Assembly (NCBI GenBank): GCA_963693055.1
Contig: OY843751.1
Location: forward strand, 5,728,001 to 5,792,000
Direction: 5' to 3'
Source: a bacterium
Lineage (GTDB): Bacteria > Zhuqueibacterota > Zhuqueibacteria > Residuimicrobiales > Krinioviventaceae
Length of the DNA stretch: 64,000 nucleotides
The position numbers and the translations under genes are program-made. Positions 39,048 through 49,888 of the stretch are shown here, in pieces. Positions within the stretch are counted from its first letter, which is position 1; each line of letters opens with the position of its first letter. Below the pieces are notes generated by a model. It searched no databases, was not told the DNA's origin, and was given only the letters and a program-made list of their open reading frames with translations.

Positions 39048-41465
39048 ATGAAAATCATACCAAAACCCAGAATATTCTATAACAAAGAACATTACTATAT
39101 AAAACCTGATACTTTTACTGTTGGTTACAGCCCCATGTTCCAATTTCAGGCTGAACAATTGTCAAGTTTGCTTGGGAACACTAAAAAGCTGGAAACAATT
39201 AACTCGTCAGAAACAGATAAAAGACAATACAGCATTTTACTGTTAACTGCGGAAGAAAAAAATCTGAACTATTGCTCACCAGTCAGCAACATCGAGTTTT
39301 CACCGGCTCTCCACAATGAAGGTTATATTCTGGACATCCAAAAAGGCCAAATAATTCTTTTGGCAAAAAGTAATGCCGGCATGTTTTATGGAATTTCTTC
39401 GTTGCAGCAGATTTTTCAGCAGTACTCATCCTCTGATAAAATCCCAGGCGCCTTTATTCAAGACTGGCCATATTTCTCTATCCGCGGTGTTTCGGATGAC
39501 ATCAGCAGGGGACAGGTCTCCACTCTTGATAATTTTAAAATCATTCTTGACAGGCTGGCCCAATTCAAGATCAACATATATATGCCTTATCTGGAAGACA
39601 TGTTCCAGTTTAAATCCTTTCCACAAATCGGTAGTAATCGCGGCGCCCTCTCTGCAATAGAATGCCGCGAGTTGCAGGATTATGCAAAATCACTAAACAT
39701 TCAAATCATTCCGGTATTTCAAACCCTGGGACATTTTGAAAATATTCTAATCCAGCCCGAGTTTATAGAGCATGCAGAATACCCGGGTGCGTCTTCACTC
39801 AATGCGGTTTCACCCAAAACCTACGAATTTTTAGAAACCCTGCTGGATGAATTTTTACCGGTTTTCGATTCAGCATACATCAATATTGGGGCTGATGAAT
39901 CCTGGGATATTGGACACGGCGCCAGTCGGCAAAAAGCGGAAAAACATGGCAACGCCAAAGTTCATGCCGATCATTACCTCAAAGTCTTTGAGCTGGTAAA
40001 AAAACACAACAAACAGATCATGATGTATGGTGATATTATCTTAGATTATCCCGAAATTTTGCAACACATCCCCGATAACGTAACCATCGTGGACTGGCAT
40101 TACGATCTCCAATCCCCCTATACATCAACAGAGATATTTAAAAAAAGTGGTAAACCTTTTCTTGTTTCTCCCGGCACACAAAGCTGGAGCCGTATTTTCC
40201 CCGATCTCACACACGCCCGCACCAATATAGCCGGCATAATTAAAGATGGCCTGGAAAACAATACTATTGGCGTAATCAATTCAGCGTGGGGAGATTTTGG
40301 TGGCGGCAATATTCGGGAACTCAACACTTATCCCTTTGCTTATGGTGCTGAATTGTCATGGAACCCGGACAGTAATGATATTGCAGATTTTGAAGACCGC
40401 TTTTTCTACCAATTCTTGCACTGTGAGGACCCCGGCATTGCTTCGGTGTACCATATCCTTTCCACCTGTTCAGATTATTATGATCTGAACCATTTTTTTG
40501 GGCACCCATTTTATCCTGAACAAAGAGATAAACAGCATTTCCTTAAACGGGCCAATGAATTACCCTTGCTGGCTAAACAGGTGCAAAAAGAAATTGAACG
40601 ATTAAAAAATGAAACCAATATTTTAGCGTGCCATTTAGATATTCTTAATCTCTGCGCCCGCATGTACGAATGGGTTGGTATATTATACAATCTGCGAATT
40701 GATTTACAAAAATTGAAATTACAAATCCCCGGCAGAGAGCAAAAACTAGCTTTATCAGACAAAACAAACCTGCTGAATAAAAAACTAACAGCAATCAAAT
40801 TAGATTACAAAAACATCTGGCTCAGCTATAATAGAAAAGACAATTTGCATCGTATATTGACATTGATGGAGCGCGTTGAAAAAGAAATCGAGACCAAACA
40901 GCAGGAAATCATGCAAGGGAATGTGCAATTGAATGGAAAGCTGGAATCTCGATTTATCTCTTTTCCCTCCAAAGAAGAATCCATTCCCGGAGTTGTTCTC
41001 CAGAAAAGAATCCTTTTAGACAACCTGCCCAAAACAGCCTGGATCCAGATCATTGCGGAAACACATGCGGCTGTTTGGATTAATGGAATTCTGGTGGGCT
41101 TTGCTGTAGCTTCCAGAACATTGTCCGCAATTGTAGAAGCTGAACGTGTAAAATGGTGGCGCGTAGAACACTATATGCAAAAAGGCGAAAATATTATTAC
41201 CGTTCAGGTTAAACAATATAAAAAAGAAACAAAAGCCGCGGGAAACATCTGGCTTGAATGTGAGGACCCCGATCTCACCATCCAGTCAAACGAAAGTTGG
41301 AAAGCCGCTTTAACCCAACAAACAGATATTAACGAACTCCCTGTTGTTAACGACAACGAATGGCGGCCCGCAGAAGCTGTTTTCAATCCCTGGATTATTT
41401 CAAGGCCGTATTTCAAACACGGCCTTTCAAGTCGTATCGAGTTTTATCGTCAGTACCCGGTTTAG
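39048..41465 (+). CDS. glycoside hydrolase family 20 (beta-N-acetylhexosaminidase-like)
   Basis: MKIIPKP, EGY.L.I, DWP....RG...DISRG, QTLGH, IGADE catalytic pair. Confidence 0.88.
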   Translation: MKIIPKPRIFYNKEHYYIKPDTFTVGYSPMFQFQAEQLSSLLGNTKKLETINSSETDKRQYSILLLTAEEKNLNYCSPVSNIEFSPALHNEGYILDIQKGQIILLAKSNAGMFYGISSLQQIFQQYSSSDKIPGAFIQDWPYFSIRGVSDDISRGQVSTLDNFKIILDRLAQFKINIYMPYLEDMFQFKSFPQIGSNRGALSAIECRELQDYAKSLNIQIIPVFQTLGHFENILIQPEFIEHAEYPGASSLNAVSPKTYEFLETLLDEFLPVFDSAYINIGADESWDIGHGASRQKAEKHGNAKVHADHYLKVFELVKKHNKQIMMYGDIILDYPEILQHIPDNVTIVDWHYDLQSPYTSTEIFKKSGKPFLVSPGTQSWSRIFPDLTHARTNIAGIIKDGLENNTIGVINSAWGDFGGGNIRELNTYPFAYGAELSWNPDSNDIADFEDRFFYQFLHCEDPGIASVYHILSTCSDYYDLNHFFGHPFYPEQRDKQHFLKRANELPLLAKQVQKEIERLKNETNILACHLDILNLCARMYEWVGILYNLRIDLQKLKLQIPGREQKLALSDKTNLLNKKLTAIKLDYKNIWLSYNRKDNLHRILTLMERVEKEIETKQQEIMQGNVQLNGKLESRFISFPSKEESIPGVVLQKRILLDNLPKTAWIQIIAETHAAVWINGILVGFAVASRTLSAIVEAERVKWWRVEHYMQKGENIITVQVKQYKKETKAAGNIWLECEDPDLTIQSNESWKAALTQQTDINELPVVNDNEWRPAEAVFNPWIISRPYFKHGLSSRIEFYRQYPV

Positions 41466-41466
41466 A

Positions 41467-42798
41467 TCATTGGGGCTGATGCTTGTAATATTTTAAAGAA
41501 TTGGGTTTAACAGGACATTCAGCCGCAATATGCATATCGCTTACTTTACCATGAGTGCGAAGATCAAATAAACGCGGTACAATAATATCACGCACCTGTG
41601 AGATAGACAATGGATTCACATATATCTTGGTTCCGCCTTCAAATCCCGCCGAAATATTAATACGCCATTTAATCAAAACATGCCAGGGCATGGGTACAAC
41701 ACTGTCCACCGGCATATAATACCACTCTTCATTACACGAAATTCCCGGCCCCATGGCAGCATGAATAGCATGTACAAGGTCGCTAAATCCGCGCAATTCA
41801 CTGGGAGAATGATCATTGGGGCGACAGTTCTCACTTTTGGAATAGATAGCAACCGTTGGGTTCCGGTGCCCCAAATCTGCAAAGGCAATGGCATAATCAT
41901 TTTCACAGATTACAAAATTATTATAAGACGCAAAATTGGCCGCATATTCATTATAAATATTGGGATTCCGTGCAGCCATTTCTATCTCTCTCTCAACGGA
42001 TACGCCCCACTCGTCTAGACCTACAAGTTGTTTATGCAAATGCTCAAATGATGCTCCAGCTTCCCGCAGCCAGTTTTGAAATACACTGACATAGCGGACG
42101 TATCTTACGTTCTCATACATATCCTGCATTGCCCTGATGGTAAACTGAAAATATTGAAAATGCTCTTCGGGTGACAGCGCACCCGAAGAAGCAAGATCTA
42201 TAGTCTGTTTCGCATCATCCCGATAATGACGGCGTGGAATAATAAGCTCATGCGTACCACCGAAAAACGCATCACTCATTGCAATTTTTTCATTCACAGT
42301 CATTTTGGCAATTTCAGAATCAGGCACACCGGTATATTTTAATTTCATATTGATCATTGAAACAATATGATTTCGTCCCAACTCGGTCGACAAGTAGGCA
42401 TCTTTACGTTGCTGGTTCTTGTCTGACAAGCGGTAATCATAATTCTTTTTCCAATAATCAATCCGAACAATTTCAAACAAATTGGAAATACGTCGAAATT
42501 CTGCAGGTGTTGTCAATATTTCATGCGGCTGTAAATTTTCAAAGTACTGATATTTGCCTTCAATCATTTGAACACGGGATTTTTCCGGCGTTGTATTGAA
42601 ATAAAGCGTTGAACAGAAATCGCAGTAATCTTCATCCTTTTTTTTCTGAATAGGCTTTATATCGTCAGGACGGACAGTGTTAATAGGACGGTTACCGCGT
42701 CCCGGAATAAACCAAACTTCGGTTCCGGTAAACGGGTTGATGTGTTTTTCAGTTCCATCCGGCATCCGTCTAAAAAGATCACGGTCTAATCTGTTCAT
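41467..42798 (-). CDS. DUF4921 family protein (GalT/HIT-like)
   Basis: NPFTGTEVW..PGR..RP, FQNWL..AGASFEHLHKQ, GFEGGTKIY. Confidence 0.75.
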   Translation of the reverse strand: MNRLDRDLFRRMPDGTEKHINPFTGTEVWFIPGRGNRPINTVRPDDIKPIQKKKDEDYCDFCSTLYFNTTPEKSRVQMIEGKYQYFENLQPHEILTTPAEFRRISNLFEIVRIDYWKKNYDYRLSDKNQQRKDAYLSTELGRNHIVSMINMKLKYTGVPDSEIAKMTVNEKIAMSDAFFGGTHELIIPRRHYRDDAKQTIDLASSGALSPEEHFQYFQFTIRAMQDMYENVRYVRYVSVFQNWLREAGASFEHLHKQLVGLDEWGVSVEREIEMAARNPNIYNEYAANFASYNNFVICENDYAIAFADLGHRNPTVAIYSKSENCRPNDHSPSELRGFSDLVHAIHAAMGPGISCNEEWYYMPVDSVVPMPWHVLIKWRINISAGFEGGTKIYVNPLSISQVRDIIVPRLFDLRTHGKVSDMHIAAECPVKPNSLKYYKHQPQ

Positions 42799-42809
42799 GC
42801 GCTAATCCC

Positions 42810-44483
42810 TTATTTTACAAATTGCTCTACAAAAAATCTGGCGGTTAACGGCTCGCCGGTAGCGTTTTCAATCATTTCATTCCAACGGTATTTTGCGCCG
42901 GGTTCAAATATATGTTTTTCAATATACTCGCCCGCTTTGCCTGCACCGATATAACTGACATCGCTTTTCATATCTTTGCCCATCACATCCACTAGCAATG
43001 TATGGTGCAGTTGAGAAGCAAACAGCTCGCCCAACAAATAGTTGTGATAGTAACAGGGGGCCATGGAGAAATGGATCTTGGCTGCCCAATCCGGCTCGTT
43101 ACGTTTTTCAGGACGTTTTACCATCTGGTATTTTTCAACAAGGTCCCACCAGAGTGTGTTCAGATCTTGCTCAGGATCAGCATACAATTCTTTTTCAAAG
43201 TTGTACATAACCATTGCCCAGCGCGCAAAAATCAATTGTTTCAATCTGGCATATTTATCACTTACTTTATCAATATCACTTCTCTGTCCATCAGAGAGAT
43301 CTAGCATTTCCTGCATCCAGGCGCCGTTTCTGCTCAGGCGACCAAAGAACATGGCAATGGCTTCGGTAGTAAACGTGTGAGCAGGTGTTCTCAACAAATA
43401 CGGGGTTTCAGAATCCTGATATTTATCATAAACGCCATGACCCAATTCATGCAGCATGGTTTCCATCCAGCGTTCATTGTTTTTTACATTACATAAAATT
43501 CTAACATCTCCTTTACGGTCAATATCGGTACAGAACGCGTGAGGATTTTTCCCTTCTTTTTCATACAGGTCACTGTTGGCAAGAATTCCTTCAACCGGCA
43601 TATTAATGCTGGCATAAAATTTCTCTGCCAATTTTACTACATCCTTGTTCTCATAAAATCCATCCAGATCTAATTGGTAAACCAACGGCGTTTCCTGGAA
43701 AAACGGATCATGATAATGCCAGGGCTTTAATTCATCCACCGATACACCACTGTTTTTTGCCAGAATACCGTCCAGCTCGTTTTTCAGTTTTGCAAACGGT
43801 TCGTTGGTCAATTTGTACAATTCATCAAAAATAGCATCCAGCTCTTCTACACTTTGCTCATCAACACTTAGAGACAAAGTATGGTAATTCTTAAACCCTA
43901 AATTATGTGCGGCTTTGTTACGCAATTTTACCAATTCAATCAAATCGTTGGCAATTTCGGGAGCCACCTGCTTACTGGCCAGCCAAGCATCTTTTCTTTT
44001 GGCAGAATCTGTTTCTTCCTTTAAAATCAATTCTATATCATTACCGCTTACGGGTTTGCCATCTATCTTGCCGCGAAAGGTGTTAAAGCGCTCTTCAATT
44101 TTTGCTCCTTTTTGCACAATGGCTTCAAGCAGTTCAGGCTCTATCTGGTTTTGTAGATATCCCAGGTACAATACTTCAAGCTGACGGGCCAAAAGCGGAT
44201 CTTTAATATTTCCACTTTCCTTGAACGCTTTAATCAGTTCAAAATCCTTGGGGTCACTATAAACCTGTTTTAGCTCAAGCTCTACTTTGCTATAGGTTTC
44301 ATAATCTTCCGATTGTCCTTTTAATGCGGCATTCCAATAAGCTAAAGCTGCCTGCTTTTGCAAGGGTTGAACTTTTGCCAAATGTTTTTGTAAAAACACT
44401 TCCATGTCACTCTCCTGTAATCCTTGTCCAAATGCTATGGTAGACAAGAAAATTAACCCTAAAATCGTGTTTAATACTTTCAC
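42810..44483 (-). CDS. secreted M2/M3 family zinc metallopeptidase
   Basis: Signal peptide; HAFC, HELGH zinc motif, TEAIA, YYHNY. Confidence 0.88.
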   Translation of the reverse strand: MKVLNTILGLIFLSTIAFGQGLQESDMEVFLQKHLAKVQPLQKQAALAYWNAALKGQSEDYETYSKVELELKQVYSDPKDFELIKAFKESGNIKDPLLARQLEVLYLGYLQNQIEPELLEAIVQKGAKIEERFNTFRGKIDGKPVSGNDIELILKEETDSAKRKDAWLASKQVAPEIANDLIELVKLRNKAAHNLGFKNYHTLSLSVDEQSVEELDAIFDELYKLTNEPFAKLKNELDGILAKNSGVSVDELKPWHYHDPFFQETPLVYQLDLDGFYENKDVVKLAEKFYASINMPVEGILANSDLYEKEGKNPHAFCTDIDRKGDVRILCNVKNNERWMETMLHELGHGVYDKYQDSETPYLLRTPAHTFTTEAIAMFFGRLSRNGAWMQEMLDLSDGQRSDIDKVSDKYARLKQLIFARWAMVMYNFEKELYADPEQDLNTLWWDLVEKYQMVKRPEKRNEPDWAAKIHFSMAPCYYHNYLLGELFASQLHHTLLVDVMGKDMKSDVSYIGAGKAGEYIEKHIFEPGAKYRWNEMIENATGEPLTARFFVEQFVK

Positions 44484-44612
44484 TTTTTACTCCTATTTTC
44501 ATTTTTTCTAAATTAATCAAACCACTTTCCAAAGTCAACTCTAGAATCTTATTTTTATCTTTTTGATATTTAACAAATTTTCTGTATTTTTAATCCAGGA
44601 AAGGAAAAATAT

Positions 44613-44969
44613 ATGAAACAAGGCAAAAAAGAACTCGTTGTTGTTGGAGACAGACTGTTAATCGTTCCGGATATTGGTGACGATCGCAGCAACTCTGGCT
44701 TGTATCTACCCAAATGGGCCGTTGAAAAAGAATCCATTCAGGGCGGCAGAATTGTTGAAGTAGGTCCCGCGGTACCCATGCCAGAGCCCGAAGATATTGA
44801 ACAAGAGCCCTGGAAACAAAATTACGATGAACAGTCAATACCCCAGCAAGCCCGGGTAGGAGATTATGCAATATTCTTGCGCAAAGCGGCTGTTGAAGTA
44901 AAATATGATAACGAAACATTTTTGATCGTTCCACATGGCGCATTATTGTTACTGGTAAGAGATTTATAA
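44613..44969 (+). CDS. co-chaperonin GroES family protein
   Basis: GDRLLI.P, SGLYLP, G.IVEVGP, VGD; no adjacent groEL. Confidence 0.85.
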   Translation: MKQGKKELVVVGDRLLIVPDIGDDRSNSGLYLPKWAVEKESIQGGRIVEVGPAVPMPEPEDIEQEPWKQNYDEQSIPQQARVGDYAIFLRKAAVEVKYDNETFLIVPHGALLLLVRDL

Positions 44970-45005
44970 TATATATTTTTTCATTAAAGTGAGTGGTATC
45001 AAACC

Positions 45006-47084
45006 TTGGATCCTTTTCTATCAAACCTCAAACTCAATTTAAAAAAGCATCAGCTCAGAGTAGGACAATATCTCTCTGCTCATGGTGCGTCTGAATATAC
45101 AATTTTAATTATTTTTTCATTAATACTGGGCACTGTTGCCGGACTATCAGCGGTAGGTTTTCACGAATCTATTGCCCTCTTACAACATTTGGCATTAAAA
45201 AACCATTCCGCTCCATTTTGGTTGATCATCGTGTTGCCTGTAATTGGCATGCTGATCCAATATTTTATGGTCAAAGTTGCGCCCAAAGAATCCAGACAAA
45301 AAGGGGTTCTTGAAGTAATTAAATCTGTTTCCTTGTACGATGGCAAGCTTTCTCCCAAAGCAACATTGTTTCACTTTTTGGCACCTGCCGTATGTATCGG
45401 TAGCGGCTGCACAGTAGGTCCCGAGGCCCCCGCGGCACAAACCGGGGCTGGTGTGGTATCCGCTTTGGGTAGAATACTGGGCTTGTCAGAATCGCGATTA
45501 AGAATGTTTACCGCTGCCGGCGCAGGTGCAGCCATAGCCGGGGTATTTAACACTCCGCTTGCAGGAGTATTTTTTGCCCTAGAGGTTATTCTGTTGAACG
45601 AATTCAGGGCCACGGCTCTTAGCGTGTTCCTGCTTTCATCGGTTTCTGCAAGTGCGGTTTCTCGTATCTTTTTAGGTAACGATCCCAAATTTATCTTTGA
45701 CACCGTACAGCTCGGCTCATATCAGGATTATATTTTCTACTTACTGCTGGGGTTAGGCGCAGGTTTGCTATCTATTCTTTTTATCAAATCCAAAGAAAGC
45801 GTTCACCATAGTTTCGCACGCATATATAAACGATATCCCCTGTGGACAGGTATGGTAGCAGCCGGACTCATCATGGGCTTGGCTGGTTTCATGATTCCGG
45901 ATATTCTGGGTATTGGATATGATGCAATTAATAACATGCTTGCACAAACCTATACCCCAAAAACCATATCTATGCTCTTTGTTTTAAAATTTGCACTGGT
46001 TGTTTTGATTTTAGGTGCCGGTGGTTTTGGGGGTATCTTTGCTCCCTCTATGTTCATGGGTGCATGTTTTGGTTATCTGTTTGCGGTAACCGCATCTACA
46101 TTATTTAATCTTGACCTCCATACAACAACTTTTACCCTGGTGGGCATGGGTGCCATGCTGGCAGGCGTCAACTCTGTTCCTATCACCGCAATTATGATTT
46201 TGTTTGAAATGACCAATGATTATCACTTTATCCTGCCACTCATACTTGGCATTGTAGGCAGCCATACCATTACACAAATGGCTATGAATGGCTCAATCTA
46301 TGCAAAAGAACTGGCAGAAGAAGGTTACGAAGTAGGAGAAACACAGGAAAAACGAATACTCTGCTCAATTCCCGTTGAACACATTACCCGAAAATCTATA
46401 CTGCTCATCCCTGAAAACACGCCCATCTCTGAATTGATTCATACTTTTTTGAACGATGAAGAACACGATACAATCTATATCACCAACAAAGCAGGCAGTC
46501 TTACCGGTGTTATTCACAGTTCAACACTTCACCATTTGATAACATCTTATCATACACTTGAAGGTATGGTAATAGCCAAAGATATTGCAGATGAAAGCCT
46601 GATATTTGTTAACTGTAATGATAATCTTGAAATGGCAATGCGGATTTTTGCTTCACACCATATTGAAGAAATCCCTGTATTAAAAAAAGATGGTGCAGAA
46701 AATAAAATTTTGGGAGTATTACACTATCAAGATGTGTTGAATATCTATAACCAGAAAATTGGCAAAATATCACTTAGAGACGAACTGGCAGTGAATGTCA
46801 AGTCCTTGCAGAAAGACAAAATTATGGAAGCGGTACCGGGCTTTTCAATAGCGCAGGTCACCCTTCCTGACAGCTTTATCAACAAAAGCCTGTCAAAGCT
46901 CAATCTGAGAAACAAATACAATATAGATGTATTAATGGTTGAACGGTTAAACCTTGTAGATATGAAAACATCGGAAGCGGAAAAAGTAATGCCTCATAAA
47001 GATATGGTCTTTATGAGAGGAGATAAACTGTTAATCTATGGAAAATCCCTGGATGTTGTTAGGTTTAAACAGGATATTAAATAA
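45006..47084 (+). CDS. ClC chloride channel family protein with CBS pair and TrkA-C domain
   Basis: GPEAP, FNTPLAG..FALE, GGIFAP, EMT.DY; C-terminal LNLRNKY...GD.L. Confidence 0.92.
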   Translation: MDPFLSNLKLNLKKHQLRVGQYLSAHGASEYTILIIFSLILGTVAGLSAVGFHESIALLQHLALKNHSAPFWLIIVLPVIGMLIQYFMVKVAPKESRQKGVLEVIKSVSLYDGKLSPKATLFHFLAPAVCIGSGCTVGPEAPAAQTGAGVVSALGRILGLSESRLRMFTAAGAGAAIAGVFNTPLAGVFFALEVILLNEFRATALSVFLLSSVSASAVSRIFLGNDPKFIFDTVQLGSYQDYIFYLLLGLGAGLLSILFIKSKESVHHSFARIYKRYPLWTGMVAAGLIMGLAGFMIPDILGIGYDAINNMLAQTYTPKTISMLFVLKFALVVLILGAGGFGGIFAPSMFMGACFGYLFAVTASTLFNLDLHTTTFTLVGMGAMLAGVNSVPITAIMILFEMTNDYHFILPLILGIVGSHTITQMAMNGSIYAKELAEEGYEVGETQEKRILCSIPVEHITRKSILLIPENTPISELIHTFLNDEEHDTIYITNKAGSLTGVIHSSTLHHLITSYHTLEGMVIAKDIADESLIFVNCNDNLEMAMRIFASHHIEEIPVLKKDGAENKILGVLHYQDVLNIYNQKIGKISLRDELAVNVKSLQKDKIMEAVPGFSIAQVTLPDSFINKSLSKLNLRNKYNIDVLMVERLNLVDMKTSEAEKVMPHKDMVFMRGDKLLIYGKSLDVVRFKQDIK

Positions 47085-47201
47085 GTATATCTATAAATAA
47101 AACATTTAACATGATGATTTTTAAAAACTTGTAATACAGTTACAATAAAAAAATAATTACTTAATAAACGTCATTTTCAAGTCTTTTTACAAACTTTGTT
47201 G

Positions 47202-47230
47202 TTGATTTTTGTCAATAAATCCTGTATAAT
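47202..47230 (+). promoter_or_regulatory. sigma70-like promoter
   Basis: TTGATT-N17-TATAAT upstream of ATG 47272. Confidence 0.55.
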
Positions 47231-47271
47231 AAGACAATTACAATTCTATCAGATGAAATCAAGAGGTAATA

Positions 47272-47655
47272 ATGGATAAAAAAGTTCTTGTTGTTGATGA
47301 TGAGGATATGATCCGAAATCTGCTCGAAGAAACATTAACAGAGGTTGGCTTTTCGGTTTATACAGCATCAACAGGCGAAGAAGCTTTAAAATTGTTAGTC
47401 AAAGAAAACATTGAAATCATTTTTCTTGATTTAATGCTTCCGGGTATGGATGGAATCAATCTTTGCAAGTTGTTAAAAAAGAACAAACCAACCTCATGTA
47501 TTCATGCAATCACAGGTTACAAGTCCACTTTTGACCTAATCACCTGTCTTGAAGCAGGTTTTGATGATTATTTCCCAAAGCCATTTGATCTCTCGGTAAT
47601 TACCAAAGCAGCACAAGATGCAGTCGATAAAATTGAACGTTGGAAAAAAATATAA
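47272..47655 (+). CDS. single-domain response regulator
   Basis: VLVVDD, LDLMLPGMDG, ITG, KPF. Confidence 0.92.
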   Translation: MDKKVLVVDDEDMIRNLLEETLTEVGFSVYTASTGEEALKLLVKENIEIIFLDLMLPGMDGINLCKLLKKNKPTSCIHAITGYKSTFDLITCLEAGFDDYFPKPFDLSVITKAAQDAVDKIERWKKI

Positions 47656-47676
47656 AACAATAACGGTTACAATGAA

Positions 47677-48777
47677 TTACAGCACCTGTTGATCCAGCAG
47701 GGTTTTCAGGTGTGCACTGTTTTTGGGGGTCCAGGAGAAAGATTTTTCCCAAACGTTTTTATTTTCCATACATAAATAGATAAACACATCTGCTGAATAG
47801 CTTTTTATCCATTTATACATATGTGAAAACATTTCTATGCGTTGTGGTAAAAAATATCGCAATTTTTTATCACGTCCCGGCAAAAGTTCTCCCAATACAA
47901 TATCGGAATTCGGATGGTTCTCACGTATTACATCATCCAGCATGGCAGGATACCGTAATGCACCCAGACTTATCCAGGCAATATTTTCCGGCTTTATAAC
48001 TTTAAATATTTTATCAACAGTTTCTCTGTATTCTTCTTTCCAACCATCAAACCAGATCATCGGATCAAAATGGAACCCCAACCTGTAACCGGCTTGCTGA
48101 ACCTGTTGAGCTGCCAAAAGGCGGTCATCGATTGATGGCGCTATTCCCTCATCCTGTTCTGTTATCTGCCGAGCGTTCATGGACCATGATACAACCGTTC
48201 TGCCTTTGTGCTCAACTGTCAACAAATCTTCCACATGTACATTCTTGCTTTTTAGCTCAATGATTGCGTTTGGTTTATCTGCAAAATAGCGGACCAAATC
48301 TGCTCCTATACCAAGAAAATGATCAAAGGTTAGGCTGTCACTCAGTTCTCCTGTGCCAATTCTGTAAAACCGGTTTGGGTGATCAAGCAATGCACGATCC
48401 AGCTCTGTGTACATGTCATCATGATTGGCATAGACAGTGATCAATGGATTATTTAAATACCCCTGTAGAATACAATAACTGCATCCCAGGTCACATCCCG
48501 CCGCTATATCCAGATTATAATACAAACAGCAAACATGTTTTTGTGTGCCGGGACACAGGCGCAAAAACGGGCCGCGCTGCTTGGCAAGTAATAAAGTATT
48601 TTGCCATTCACTGTGTGCTTGCTCAGTGGCCTGATCAATAACCAGGTTTGCATCTTCCGTATAATGAACATCTGCATTGGGAAAACGGTCCAAAATCCGT
48701 TTAACCATCGTTGTGTTTTTTACATCTGCTTCAATATATATCCGTTCCGGACGAAAAAATTCTGTATATTTACTCAT
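47677..48777 (-). CDS. spore photoproduct lyase-family radical SAM protein (non-canonical)
   Basis: CDLGCSYC [4Fe-4S] motif, GELSDS, ELKSK, SWSMN, GFHFDP, K.RY, YLCME. Confidence 0.85.
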   Translation of the reverse strand: MSKYTEFFRPERIYIEADVKNTTMVKRILDRFPNADVHYTEDANLVIDQATEQAHSEWQNTLLLAKQRGPFLRLCPGTQKHVCCLYYNLDIAAGCDLGCSYCILQGYLNNPLITVYANHDDMYTELDRALLDHPNRFYRIGTGELSDSLTFDHFLGIGADLVRYFADKPNAIIELKSKNVHVEDLLTVEHKGRTVVSWSMNARQITEQDEGIAPSIDDRLLAAQQVQQAGYRLGFHFDPMIWFDGWKEEYRETVDKIFKVIKPENIAWISLGALRYPAMLDDVIRENHPNSDIVLGELLPGRDKKLRYFLPQRIEMFSHMYKWIKSYSADVFIYLCMENKNVWEKSFSWTPKNSAHLKTLLDQQVL

Positions 48778-49739
48778 ACCAAATCAATCAATTTTCTAAT
48801 TACGTCTTTTTCATTCAATTCCTGTAACCGCTCCAGATGCTGTTGAAATTCCTCTGCCGATGAAATATTCAACATGATTGAGTACCTGTCACCATCAAAA
48901 AAAGGTGGATGCTGAATTACAAGCTCGGGTGGTAATTTAACGGATTTTAAGACCTCTTTAAAACGGTTCTCTGTTTCACTGTATTGCGGGTACCTTTTTT
49001 CCCATAACAACTGTTTTATACGATCAGATTTTTGCGCGGGTGCAAGCAGCTCATCCGCTACAATAATTTGAATTTCCGGTTCCTGAAGAAAAGTCGCAAT
49101 TGCAATGTTTTCCATTCTTGCAATATCCTGTACCAGTGCCCAAAATTCTTTTTGACGATTTTTGCCAATACGTAAAACTTTAATAAATTCCAAAAAGGCA
49201 TTTCGCACATCGGCCTCAGCAGATACAATCTCTGCTGCCATATCCAGAGACAACTGGTCATCATTTAACATCTGCCGCCAGGGCTCTTCAAGCTTGAAAA
49301 GATCTTTGTGCAATTCATACACTTTGGGATTTCTTCCATAACCCATCTCTGGCAAAAAATGTTTAACAATCTCGTTTTTATCAACACCACCCGCTTCCAA
49401 ACGTTGAATAATAACCGAAACCTCTACAGGATTTATGGGCCCTTTATCCATACGGTCTTGTAGTGCCAGAGCAAATGCCTTTTGAAACGAAAGCTGCTGT
49501 TCCAAAACAACCGCAGGAATTGTAGACTCGCCAATCTTAAGCATGGCATTGACTCTTGCAAAACCATACAAAAGTCTAAAACCAGATTGGGTTATTTCTA
49601 CCAGAACCGGAGCAACAAACCCTGTTTTACGGATAGTGCTTTCAAGCTCTTTTATATTTATCAACTGCTCAAGATTATAAGTCTCATCTTTTTTGTTGAT
49701 ACCATTTATATTCAAATCCATTAATTTTGTTTTCAACAT
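48774..49739 (-). CDS. ParB/Srx N-terminal domain protein
   Basis: L..TI...G...PVLV....FRLLYGFAR..A ParB-N signature; helical middle; 4-bp overlap with the radical SAM gene. Confidence 0.7.
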   Translation of the reverse strand: MLKTKLMDLNINGINKKDETYNLEQLINIKELESTIRKTGFVAPVLVEITQSGFRLLYGFARVNAMLKIGESTIPAVVLEQQLSFQKAFALALQDRMDKGPINPVEVSVIIQRLEAGGVDKNEIVKHFLPEMGYGRNPKVYELHKDLFKLEEPWRQMLNDDQLSLDMAAEIVSAEADVRNAFLEFIKVLRIGKNRQKEFWALVQDIARMENIAIATFLQEPEIQIIVADELLAPAQKSDRIKQLLWEKRYPQYSETENRFKEVLKSVKLPPELVIQHPPFFDGDRYSIMLNISSAEEFQQHLERLQELNEKDVIRKLIDLV

Positions 49740-49813
49740 GTTTATTATTCCTCAATAAAACCAGCAATGTAAAATAACGATCTTCTTTGATAATTAAAAG
49801 CCCTAAAAAACCC

Positions 49814-49842
49814 TTGATTCTTTTGCAAATAATTCATAAGAT
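49814..49842 (+). promoter_or_regulatory. sigma70-like promoter of ssb
   Basis: TTGATT-N17-TAAGAT. Confidence 0.45.
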
Positions 49843-49888
49843 TATTCTTGAAATTTTGTTACTTGTAAATTAACAAGAAAGGGTTCAA

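Noticed and set aside
44613-44969. GroES without GroEL as a novelty
   Set aside because: Stand-alone GroES-family paralogs are common; nothing further is supported here
48774-49739. Chromosome partition locus
   Set aside because: No parA, no recognisable parS palindrome, and the arginine patch is degenerate
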